A DNA stretch of 64,000 bases, from NCBI RefSeq assembly GCF_964355755.1, contig NC_092679.1:24163432-24227431 (forward strand), given 5' to 3'. This DNA is from Antedon mediterranea. Lineage: Eukaryota > Animalia > Echinodermata. Each line of letters starts with the position of its first letter. Within the stretch, counting starts at the first letter, position 1. The position numbers and the translations under genes are program-made. The notes below the pieces were generated by a model. It saw only the letters and a list, made by a program, of their open reading frames with translations. It was not told the DNA's origin and did no database searches. This document shows positions 34,053-46,100 of the stretch, one piece after another.

Positions 34053-36370
34053 AGAAACTGTCATAATAATAGTAACAACAACAATAATTGTTCTATTCTA
34101 GAAATACGTCACTTTTCTTAATGCCATTGTGCACTGTGTATTCTGGTATGTACTTGTTTGTTGGTTTCAATTATGTGTTTTTCAGATGTCATTAGATCAG
34201 AAGCTATTAAGGCGAACATTATGCCTACAGGACTATATGAGGACGACACGTAACGGTACTCACGAAGGCTACTACTAGCCGTACTTTAGCACGATAACGA
34301 TCGACAATAAATAAATAATTCATTCATTGATTTCCATTTAATTTGAAAAGCTAATTGAAAAAATAATTTGTCTTCATTGTTTATTTTCATTTGGTTTTAA
34401 AAAGCGTATAAAATAATGATCTTGGCTTCAATGTTAGTACTCTAATTTTGTGGCAATATTATTCTCATTTATTTCAGAAAGGTCATTAAACAATTATAGT
34501 AACTTAAAATAATTTTCATTAAGCATTACAAATGTACATAATTGCAACTTACAAGTGCTGTAAACAAGTCACAGTGCCAATTTCATTGTTTATTAAAAGT
34601 TGACAGAAATAGATGAGTGAATGAATGTGAACATTATAAATATAATTACATAATTGGAGCATACACATTAAGCAAAACGGTAGAATTAGTGATGTTGCCT
34701 ATTACCAAAAGTCTACGAAAAAGATGTTTACTACAGTAATAATACAAGTCACCACTGACACTTTCTTTAATACATAAAGTTGACTAAAGCGAACAAACCT
34801 TCCGGAATTTACGCAGATACTTATTGCTGTACACTTTTGGATCTTTTAATTCACATTCCGTAACCTAACAAATTATATATAAAACTTATTTTTAGAAAAA
34901 AATAATCCAATTAATAATCTAAAAACAATAAAATCGTAACAAAACAACGATTATGACATCGTTTGATTTTGAAAATAGTATAAATTTTTTTTTGTAAAGG
35001 AATATTTATCTATTTATCGTGTTTAGTATAAATGGACGTATCATTTCGAATTTGATTTTAAAATATCTTTACCAACTATTCTTTCTTTTCTTTCCTCAGC
35101 CATCGTCCAAATTCTGTGTATTTTACAGTTTATTATACATGCAAATTCTTACTTTAAAAATACAATCAGACAAAAAGTATCAAAAAGGCCTTAGTAGCAG
35201 TAGTAGTAATAATAAATATTTCTATGTACAAGAATTAATAATAACACATAATTATATTGATATTTAAAGGACTTGATTGATTGATCTTTAAAACCCTGGG
35301 TCAATATTGTTCCACAGTGGAGGACATGTGCAACAAACATAAAAGCTACATTTCTACTTTTGCCTTCACTGTTGGTTTCAAATGAAATCATCATCAAATG
35401 ATCAGCTATTTAGCCAGGTCAAAAAATACAAGTCAGAGTTTATATAATCATGGTATTCTCTTTTACAAATTAAACAAATATAATAACAAAAAGGAATCTG
35501 GAACGTAATACAACGTTTTTGTTACTGTGATTGGTGTATTCCTAATTTCTTGGTACATCTCAGTTTAAGCTTACGTTACACAAATTAAAAAGTTATCTTC
35601 TAGTTTTACTTATTAGTACTTATCCAAACAGTTATATTACCTCAAACCTCCGTACACACGGAAATCAAGCAATTCCTAACAGCTTTACCACGGATTCAGA
35701 ATCTCATGGCAAATCATCCTCCTTGATTCCACTATTTTCAATAAGTAAACGCTATTCTCTTGTACGTATGGTTCGAGCCACAGTAAAGCAACGTGTGTTT
35801 ATTAACATATTCATAGAACTCTTTAGAGTTCTCACCTGTATGCTTAATACATATTAACCGAAACGTCGAGCCATTCTCAACTGATTTTATTTTGGAAACA
35901 CATGGTCTACGGTAGGCCTACCTACACAAACATTAATTTACTACAGTACGCCATGCGAATATTACATTCATTCATTCATTCATTTATTCCTTCATAATCA
36001 ACATAAAATACATGATTACATAACAATGTTACAATACAGAAAGTTAAAACTTGAGGCTCACAATTAAAAGGAGGAAAAAATGTTATAAACAATCTAAAAT
36101 AATGCAAATGTCTACAATATTACATTGCATTATTAATGCGATGAACATGAACCTGGATTCAGTTTGAAATTTGTAAACTCGAATTACGAGAGAAAACGTA
36201 GGGTCTACTACACATAATACAACAAGTTCCCCTATTGTTTGTCACTATTATGGCTTGAGGCCATTAAAATAAACTATGTTCGTAATTGATTTAATTTTAC
36301 ACGTCAAAATATTAAAAACAATTATGGTTTGATAATCTTTACCTTGAAAATGTGATAAAAGAGACGGAGG

Positions 36371-36667
36371 GCCTACTGGTGCTCGGCTAAACTGGTGGTA
36401 GTCAGTGTGTTGTGCAATGTGCAAAATTTTCTTTTACAACGGTTTTCTTTTACCACGGTTCGAATCCTATTGTCGGTCTCCATGTGGACGGTTAGTATAC
36501 ATGTATATGAGATGTTAAGCCGTTGGTGGCGTGTGCAACATAGCTATGGGGTACACAGAGCACTCTTCGAAAAAAAGTAGAGGATCATGTACTACCCTGA
36601 GTTCACCACTAGAAGGATCCCAATACTAATATATATCTATCTATACACACAATAAAACCAAACAAAC
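36371..36667 (+). mobile_element. tRNA-derived SINE with a Deu/Nin-like central domain
   Basis: B box GGTTCGAATCC near 36447. TGAGATGTTAAGCCG...GCACTCTTCGAAAAAAAGTAGAGG resembles the Deu/Nin core as I recall it. AATAAAACCAAACAAAC tail. Confidence 0.55.
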
Positions 36668-36961
36668 TCCAATAAAAAGAGATTTCATGAATATAGAACT
36701 TCACACATCCAATAATAGATCAAGATCTTTGTTCTTCCGTACGCCATACATGCGTACGGTAGTAATTGTCATCAAAAAAATTAATTGTTTTAATCATGGA
36801 TTAATAATTCATTAATTATTACTCCATGTTTTAATGTAGCTCTACGTGTATATATATTTGTCAATTGATACGGATTTTACGCACACCATTGATTGTGAAC
36901 GTTACCATTTAAAATTTAGTGCCAAATATTGGTAATTGGTAAAAGTGGAGAATGAAGATTA

Positions 36962-39900
36962 TTAACAGTGCTTAACCAGGTTATACGACTGTGACTCCTT
37001 CTGATAATATTTAACATCAGATTCGTACGGCTCCCCAATATTGGTCAAATTATACTTTGAGAACAGAATACACGATTTCTTCACACGATGAATTTTGAAT
37101 CCCTTACAGCATGTTCGCTGCAAACACATTTTTGCGCAGTTTAACTTCGACGATTCGGTGCTGGTATGCATTTCAGTTCCTGTGATAATTTTGGCTGGAT
37201 TCAGCTTAACAAATTTACCATTTGCATTGAATTGCCATAGTACTGAAAACAGACAATAATTCGGCTTACTTTAGTATACAATGACAATATTTATAAATTT
37301 CTAAGAGTGTTCCTCGCAACTATGAAGTTTTAATATATACATATATATAAATTCAAAGGAAAATTACTGAAAAATCACAATTCTTTGGTTATCAATGGCT
37401 TGATCTCAATGGAGATACAAAATAAAATAAGCAAAAAGCTAAAACAAAACGATGTAAAACAGCCGGAAAATGAAAGATAAATATATCAAGCACAAGGTTC
37501 CGGTTTCGAATCTCGGCTGGGCCGACTTTTTCTCATTCTCAGAGATTTCCTCATCTTTATCGTTCACATTAATTAATTAAATTAATGAACTACAGGAATG
37601 AGCACATGTACTCTAGTTATCCCTTGATCACGACAGCTGACAAGGACACTTGGGTTAAAATATTGAGTGTTTCCAAGGAAGAGTGAACTCTTCCCTGGTG
37701 TTCCCACATAGAACAAGTCGCCCAACCGAAATTTGAACCCAGGGCCTTCTGCTTAATATGCAGATGTCATAACCATTGGACCACTGAGACTTTCATAGTA
37801 TTGTTCAATACCCGATTGGATAGCGACTCTTTAACACTCTCAGCGTGTACCTCGCAGCACTAGTTCCTCATTTGTACGCCCTCATCTTTCAGTATTTTTA
37901 TTCAAGAAGCGGGATCTTTTATATATATAAACAGAAACACACAAGAATCTCTTGTAAAGGGTCTGTAATATAACAACTTAGATCACTAATGCAGCTTACT
38001 TTGCACATCTCTCGCTGCTTTTATTTCAGATTCATTTAATGCACGATCATATAGCTGCAACATGGCCACTTTCCCAATGAATTTTCCATCTGAATTTCCA
38101 ATCCGTAATTTACCAAAAAAAGTTATTTCAAAATTTGAAATTCCTGAACTGGCGATTTCTCCATTTCTCCATAAGGTAAGTCTTCTGTTGTTAGCATTGT
38201 ATGTAACTGCAAGGAATATCCATTCCAAAGGAATGAGCACATGTGCTCTCGTTATCACTTGGTCACGATAGGTGACTTCGACACTTGAGTTAAAATATTG
38301 GGTGTTCCCAAAAGTATATGTCTGTGTAATCTGTAAAGGATTTGGACCCATTGTGCTGAGGAACAGACCAGAAGAGGATTGATGTACATACACGTACAAC
38401 GACAATGTAAACGAAAATACGTTGTTACCGTTGAACCACCGAGTGTCAATAGGGTAATCTTGAAATATAGGCTCCTGATTTTTAAATTGAAAGTCACAGA
38501 ACACGTTCATCGTTTCTGATGTTTTATAGGCAAACCAAGAGGTCAAACAGGTCAAATTCAGTTCAAACATATTGACAGCATTTAAACGTTGCCAAATTGC
38601 TGCCGGGTCTGTTGACAAGATAACAAGTAAAGAATGTTTATAAATTAAATATATACTTCTCAGGAAACAATAAAAAAAAAATGGGTAAATTATCTTTAGT
38701 TCTATTTAAAAAAAATGTTCCGAAGTTATTTCTTAATTGTTTTCATAGTTTTTATCAGTATGGCTCTTATATTTATTTGACTGACACTGTGATAACAAAA
38801 TTCTTTTTTTTTAATTTTGGAAAAAAAATTACCTATATCAAGTTCATACTCGCTGTAAACACGAATCTGGCACATTTGAAGTTTTATCTGGCTTCTTAAC
38901 ACAACATATCGGCCGGGCACTTCCTTATCACACATAATATCAACAACACTGCTCGCTAGAGTTTGCTTATTCGAAATGCGTTGTTTTGTACAGTACTGTC
39001 CAGTCTGAGAATGATCGTTGGCACCGATTGTAATTCTGGCATCTCTTAAACGCCAGCCATTATATTCTGAAAAAATAATGAAATGTAAAATGTAAAGTCT
39101 CAATATTCCCGGAAGATTGCTCGTAGCGGTCTACAGTAGTACAAATTAAATTTGGAACACTTATACAGTATAATTTGGTTTTATACAAAATGGCGGATAT
39201 CCTTTTCGAAAGGTGAGAGGGCAACAAATATTCACTACTTTGTGGGCAGAGAGTCAGGGGCCGCCAAGGGACTCCGGTGGGTCTAGAGAGAATCCCCCTG
39301 GAAGCCCGGCTCCCTGAGAAATTGTACGTGTCCACAGTTTATCCGTGCGTACTAACACAATTAAACGACGGAATAAAAAAAAACAATTACTTCTTAACTA
39401 ATACAAAACGGTGTTCTGGAATGGGATTGATATACTTGGTGGTCAAATACAGCACCAACTCAGCCTCACAATCGTTGGAACTGAGGGAAAATATGCTTAG
39501 GTGCCCAGAACTCTTTTATACTCACTAAAATCTCAGTACCAGAAGACTATCTTTAGAAGGTTTGAACTATAATGGTGCTAATGTGAGGCTGAATTCTAGA
39601 CCCGTTCACATCTCAAATCAATCAAGATTGCACTCAATGTTTTCCAGAGAATTATCAAGAGTAGAGATTTCCATTTATTACGCACACGGTATCAAGTGTG
39701 AAGTAATTGAATCTTTAAATGTCACAGCAATGCGTTTTGGCATCAAATTTATTAAGAAGATAAAAGTTAGTGCTATTACCAATAGTCGATTTGTTATTCT
39801 GTATAAAATGATTACGAAAGTATTACTTTCACAGCAATAACGAATTTATAGTTTATAAAAGGATACGAAATATATTACCTTCAGTTAATTGATTTATAAT

Positions 39901-42269
39901 TGTCACTTTCGTTACATTGTATTCTTTGCCCAAATCTATTTGAATCCAATCCTTTTTATATGCTTTATTATCTGAATAAAAATGAATAGCATACAAAATT
40001 TAGGTTTGTGTAATAATCCATTTATATGTAAGTAACACATTTTGTTGTGCATAAATGTTGACACTTGACCTGAAGTCTATGTGTAGTGAATGTAATTGAT
40101 ATCTGACAAGTAGATACGATAATTCACAAAATGAAGATTACGGTTGAGTGTAACAAGTGCAAAAGTGCCCTGTTTTCAAAGTATGTCCTGCTATTTTTAA
40201 TTACAAATTATTCGGAAAAGGCTTTATCTGCAAATTGACCCCCTAAAAATAAAAAATAATAATAATTGAAAACTATGCCATGTACTTCTGAAATATATTC
40301 AGTTGAAAATAAAATACTGTCAATCAAAGTAGATGTGTTCAACAGGCCAAGCGTCTATTTTCACATAGTGCTCTGACTCTCACAGCTGATCTACAGAGAC
40401 GGATAAAAGCCCTGGAAATGAGATGCTACCGCAAGATCTTGAACATCTCATATAAAGACCGTGTCACAAATGAGGAAGTCAGCAACAGGATCAAGAGAGC
40501 AATTGGACCATACAAAGACCTGCTATCAATTATGAAAAGCAAAAAGCTGGATTGGTACGGACACGTGTCGCGATCCAGTGGGCTGGCCAAGACCATCCTA
40601 CGGGGTACCGTACCAGGAGGGAGAAGGAGAGGCAGAAAGAGAAAGAGGTGGGTAGACAACATCAAGGAATGAACAGGTTTTCAGGACTCACAACGAGCTA
40701 CAGAGGACAGAAATCGATGGAGGAGGATTGTCCAAAAGTCAGCAGTGATGCCTCAACAACCCTACCAAGGGTTAGGAGACTGAACATCACGCCATTGATT
40801 GGGATAATTTGAGAGTAGTTGACAGGGAATCGGTCAGATTAAGACGCTGGGTTAAGGAATCCATCTGGATCAGGAAGACTCCCAATTTTAATAGAGATGA
40901 GGGCGGTTACAAACTCAGTCAAGTGTGGACCAATGTGTTGACCCCGTCATCTAGAGGTCAACTGTGACGTGTCACTACACTTTGAAAAAGCCAACTGATA
41001 GTTGGCGAAACGTCAGGTAAATAAAATAATCGTTATTTACTATTACTATTACGGTTGAGATATAATTAACTATTATATTTTACTACTTTGTACTATTTAA
41101 TAAAAACAAGTTTTGACTAACATGTTTGAAAACACTTTGCACCATATCCTGACACGTCATTTCCGTCTGTGAGTCTATTAGGAACACCGCTTTGAATAGT
41201 TGAGGCAGTTACTATCTTCTTATATGATAAATATGCTGAAACAAATAACATTCTCAGGTTAAATAATGTTTCGCGTCTATGAATTCAAATGTCATGATAT
41301 AAATTCGTTATTATCATGGTGTTTGATGCGTTCATTTAATTTCATCTTAATTTATTCATTCTTTCATTCATTCATTTATTTTCTTTATTTCGGATAGTAG
41401 TATACAAAACATACACACAAAAAAAATCAAAAAGAGAAACAATTTCACCAGAAATTAACAAAATAATATTAATAATAATGTTACATAAATTATATTACGG
41501 TAATTTTAACAATAAGAATAAATAAATAAAAACAGATAATTATCAATTATGGGGCTTGGCGTATTCATAAGTTTATTCAGACGACAACTAACTACTGATG
41601 GACATACATAAATATAATTTAATAATAAAAAAAACCAATAGATTTAAAAGGAAATTTAAAGTAATAAATTATAGTTTATACATAGCATACGTAGTTTCTT
41701 TTAATGAAAATGTGGTATATGTATTTGAGTAGAATTCAGAGTAATAGAAGTGTTAGGATGAATGGTACAATGTTTCTACAGGGTAATTAGAAAAAGTGAA
41801 TGTTAGTCGAAGGAAACACTTTACCAAAGTTTCAACCACAGTAAATTAAAACTTATTTCTAATTGACAACCAATAAACTCATTATCTCATTGTAATTTTC
41901 TAAATAACTACCTGATCTTATTTTTTTTACCACATTACTGAAGAAAAGAAAAGCAAATGATTATATTTTATCATTATTATCTTTATTAGAGAACATTAAT
42001 TAAACAATATTTCTTTTATCGTTTATTTTTTTTTTTAATTTTGAAATTATTATTGTTTGTCTTATTTAATCTTTTCTAATAAGCGGAACTTCTAGAAACA
42101 CATTCTTTGTGTTATACTTACCGTTCAGAATTTTACGTTAAGTATCATGATCAGCAGTGCTATATGCCTATTATAATACATTACAAAAAAACATACCTGC
42201 ATGGGCATTGAAGACATTTAAAATAAAACCACAACAAAGAAACACAGTTGCACTGGCGTAGATCTTCAT
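36962..42269 (-). CDS. Secreted F-type-lectin(F5/8C)-like, LamG/pentraxin-like and PAN/apple domain protein, about 467 aa, 6 exons
   Basis: Exons 42269-42197 (signal peptide MKIYASATVFLCCGFILNVFNAHA), 41235-41122 (RLTDGN...CFQT), 39971-39879 (WIQIDLGKEYNVTKVTIIN), 39066-38833 (RLRDARITIG, GRYVVL, LQMCQIRVY), 38608-38000 (WIFLAVTYN, LRIG, FIGKVAMLQLYDRALNESEI), 37242-36962 (CAKMC...CCKGF...CIL). All introns are phase 1. Confidence 0.85.
37349..37470 (-). mobile_element. Diverged family B Penelope pLTR fragment after (TA)n
   Basis: AAATTCAAAGGAAAATTACTGAAAA...GATCTCAATGGAGATACAAAA matches 11836 onward. Confidence 0.8.
37715..37920 (-). mobile_element. Diverged copy of the tRNA-containing element (tRNA-like part ~37719-37790)
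   Basis: Colinear with 15240-15475; ends in (TA)n. Confidence 0.8.
40370..40782 (+). mobile_element. RTE (BovB-like) LINE 3' fragment
   Basis: TLTADLQRRIKALEMRCYRKILNISYKDRVTNEEV...KLDWYGHVSR...GRRRGRKRKRWVDNIKE. Confidence 0.85.
40783..41035 (+). mobile_element. Penelope-like family C 3' fragment with a degenerate hammerhead
   Basis: Translates HAIDWDNLRVVDRE...RWVKESIWIRKTPNFNRDEGGYKLSQVW (PLE endonuclease C-terminus). Followed by TTGAAAA-A-GCCAAC-tgata-GTTGGC-GAAACGTC at ~40980-41016. Confidence 0.78.
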
Positions 42270-42825
42270 TATTGCTTGAATACTGTTAGATAAATGATAT
42301 GTGTCTACAAGCTCGCACGCAGTTCTACTCAACTTACTTTGATATCTGTATTGTTATATATTAGGTATTTGTAATTCGTTCATGTTTATTAAATCGACTG
42401 AGAATCGTGGACATGCATTAATAGTGTTTTCAGTTTCCGTCCTACGAAATGCTAACCAATCAATATATGAAAATGAATTTCATATTAAAAAAACAAGAAA
42501 AAAAATTACAATAGTAACAATGCTTTACCTTGATGGTGATGTTGCAGCAAAAATGCACCGTCACTCCTTAGATGCAAATGCCATACTTACTGAATTAGTA
42601 ATGTATAATTTAACCTTCAATAAAAAAAATAGCTATAACGATTATCCACGCGTATGATGCAGCTCAAACGTCTTATAACAAACATCTCATCCAACCCCTC
42701 CATTTCTTCCTAACAAACGAACACAATCACACGTTTCATTAAACCAGAACATTTTTATTCATGATCAGAATGATTATTTCTCGAATACGAACATAAAGCA
42801 CAAATAAATTTAAGATAGCAACTAA

Positions 42826-42964
42826 AGCTCTGTCTACACGATCAAACTAGTTTGACAAATATGGTAGTGATATGCCCAAATATGGTAGTGTATGACGTCA
42901 TCATGTCCATATGGTCACATCCCTTTTTTTTTAAATCATAACGTTTGGTAGTGTAGACAGGGCT
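42826..42964. mobile_element. PIF/Harbinger-type MITE (TAA TSD)
   Basis: TAA-AGCTCTGTCTACACGATCAAAC ... GTTTGGTAGTGTAGACAGGGCT-TAA. Confidence 0.75.
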
Positions 42965-43170
42965 TAAGAAGCAAGAATATAATTAATTATATCTATTTTA
43001 ATCACACCAAATTTAAGAAAACATGAAAATAATTTCTGACTGACTACTAAGAAGAACAATATAATGTTGTGGTCAAAGCAATATAATGACATTGAAATAT
43101 AATTTAAATTATTTAGGCGTTTTCAATAAATTATTTAAGCGTAAATCAAAATAAAACGTAGGATCTTCTT

Positions 43171-46100
43171 TCACATCACATCTTCCACGTGGTTCTCCAG
43201 TTTCTGGTATGAAAGGCCACTATGCTTCCTTAAGCCAGTAATGAAAACAATACATCCTATTGTGAAGACAATCAGACTTAGGACCATTAGCGTTGCTGGA
43301 ATTGCGGGAAATATTCTCTTTGATTTTGACTCTGAAAAAATAATTTTTTTTCTTTAATATAACATGGTACCATACACATATTACATTGTTTAAATGTTTG
43401 CATGGCGAATGAACACTGGTGAAGTTAGGTTTGCGGCACACCATGTGTTTTCCAAAAGAAAATAAAGTATGGTTGTTGAGAATATCTTGATGTATCGGTT
43501 GTTCTGTTACTACCGTCTTCTGGAAAAATGCTAGGCACACCATCTTTTACTTTTGGGAAACACAAAACAAACGTTATTAAACACAAATATAATTACGATG
43601 AAATTTGCATTGCAATTAGAAGCCTACCATACCACAATGTAAAAACGTTGGTAAGCAGCAGTTTTTGCTTAGTTTAATACACATTATGATATAGCAATAT
43701 AGCATAAGTCAGTATTGGGTTTTGTCAGTACCTTTAGCTTCGAGTTCAATGTTTGAATTTGTATCTGGCCGTTTTAACACCAAAGGTCCAAGTTCAATTG
43801 AAATGCTATCAGACAATTTATTTGGTACAGTGACGTCACGGCGTTGTCGTTGGTTACAGTTTCTAGAGCATCTCCAATCACTATCATTGCAGATGGACAA
43901 TAGACAATGAACAAACACCTGCATATAAAGATGATTTTTAAACAGGATTTTACAATCGAGTGTAGTTCACATAACGCAGTTTAAAAAATAGCTCAAATTA
44001 GGTCGAATTAATTTGTAAATCAGTTTAAATAATAATTTTTTTGCATAAAATTTCCAAGATCAAGGACTTATTGCATTTACCATAATGTGAAGATGGCTCA
44101 GTTGGGTCTTACATGTGCTTCATTCTTCCTTTCACATACTTTTGCTATGCTAATGATCGAGATAAGCCCGATATTCGCACGCTCAGAATTGCGTTGCACT
44201 GAATTGAATTTAATAGTTGTCACAGGTTAAAATCAGACTGACTGACTGGGTCAAAACCAAACAAATATATGATTTTTTAAAGATGTCCCTTGAAACACAA
44301 AAATGAAGGTCAAAATATTCTAAATTTAAATTGGCCATATCAAAGTAATATTAAAGTTATTCACTTTAACTCGAAAATTCGAGCCAAAAACAACAAGTTT
44401 ACGTAATTAACAGGTAAATTAATTTGATTACATTTCATCTGGAAAATCGTCGTGACCGAGTAAACAAAGATTTCAAACCACGAGTATGCATTATGCATGA
44501 TGCTAATTAGGATTGTTTACAACTCGTAAAGGTTGAAAAGGTGTTTTAACACAGATCACGAGGAAGTTTTATGATTATGTATACAGAGTAGCCAAACGAG
44601 CGCGTTGCATTATGAGATATGTTTTGATAAAAACTTTGACTGGAAGTCAAAGTTATTTTTTGAACAAAAAAACGTCTGTATTTTAGTTAAATTATTTTTT
44701 TTCCGACTAATTTTTTGTGAAAGTTAATAACTATTATGATACTTCAAAATGACCCACTTTTTTTCGAAATCTTTTTTTTTTTTTTTGGAATTAGTCAAAG
44801 GGACAATACATCTTTAAGCAATACAATTACATTTTTATATGTAGTAAACATAATAGATAATTACACTTCATTTATAATTAGTTTCATGTTATTATTTTAC
44901 GGTTTGGCATGACAAATGTGTTAACTGACTGCAAATAAGTGGAATTGATACTCCTATTTTGCACTGTTTACCGTAAATTAATCCAAGGCTAAGCGCCCCC
45001 ACCCCCCCCCCCCCACCCTCTCTGCGAAAAGTCTAATGAAAAAAAGGATGTGAGGCGGGGTATGAGTATTCCTGATAGTGATAGTGATACATTGTTAAAG
45101 CAGGGAGTTGTTATTAGAGGTTAAAGTGTAGGAACTTTATTATGTTTGAGCATGTACAGATCTGGCTCATTAGCATAACAAAAGAAAGCGAAAGTCAAAT
45201 GCCCAAACGAGCTAGCGTTATATATTGATAATAGTTGCAGCTCCTCATACTGTAGAACAATCTTCCCACCCAATCTAGAATTACCTTCACTCTGTTTTCT
45301 TTTTGTTTCATTATTATTATTATTTTAAGCGAGGGACAATCTGCTGAGTGCTATTTAAATTATATTTAACAATTCTTTCTTTTTCATCTATCGTGATGAT
45401 ACGATATGTTTGTCTAATTTAATAATAATTCTCCTAATCTACTGATTCATACCGTTGAGTATTCGCCGCTGAAGCCAAACGTTTCAAACGAAAAGAATGC
45501 ATGAGATAAATCTCCGTAAGCTGATTTTCCATCAAAACTGACAGTCGAGTCTACACCACAACTACAAGAGAAAAAAAATTATTGAATGTATCGGTTTCCA
45601 ATAAATATAAAGAGTGAATTGTTTGCCTTTTGTTGAACTCAATTAAACATATCGATATTTTATCTTAAATTAATTCGTCAACGACCTGCTGACTTATTCA
45701 AACTGAAAAGCTAACATACATTAATTAGTTAGTTTGTTCAACATAAAGTGAAATCCACACTTAAAAAATATTTATTGTAGTAAAATATATCTTAAAGATG
45801 TATTGTCCCCCTGAAAAAATAATTCAGAAAAACTTATTTTTTGAATATTCCATTTTAATGTAACATAATAGTTATCCACTTTGACCAAAAATTGGATCGA
45901 AAAAAAAATGTATTTACCTGAAAAAAATGTAATTTAAAGCAACAAATTGTCAAATTGGCTGCCAGCCAATGGATTTTTGGTTGAATTTTGACATTTTACA
46001 AGTGAACATATTATTTTTTCTATGAAAACATATTCAAAGTCTGATTTCATTAATCTTAATTTTTCATGTTTTTGGGGAACAATACATCTTTAAGTAATTA

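Noticed and set aside
35430-35560. Possible second GPCR relic (VFVTVIGVFLISWY, TM6-like)
   Set aside because: Too short and degenerate to call without a search.
43220-43543. 107-aa ORF as the last exon of the ZP gene
   Set aside because: The phase-compatible TM exon (43331-43171) is in a different frame.
44995-45020. Poly-C tract / G-quadruplex candidate
   Set aside because: Simple low-complexity run with no supporting context.
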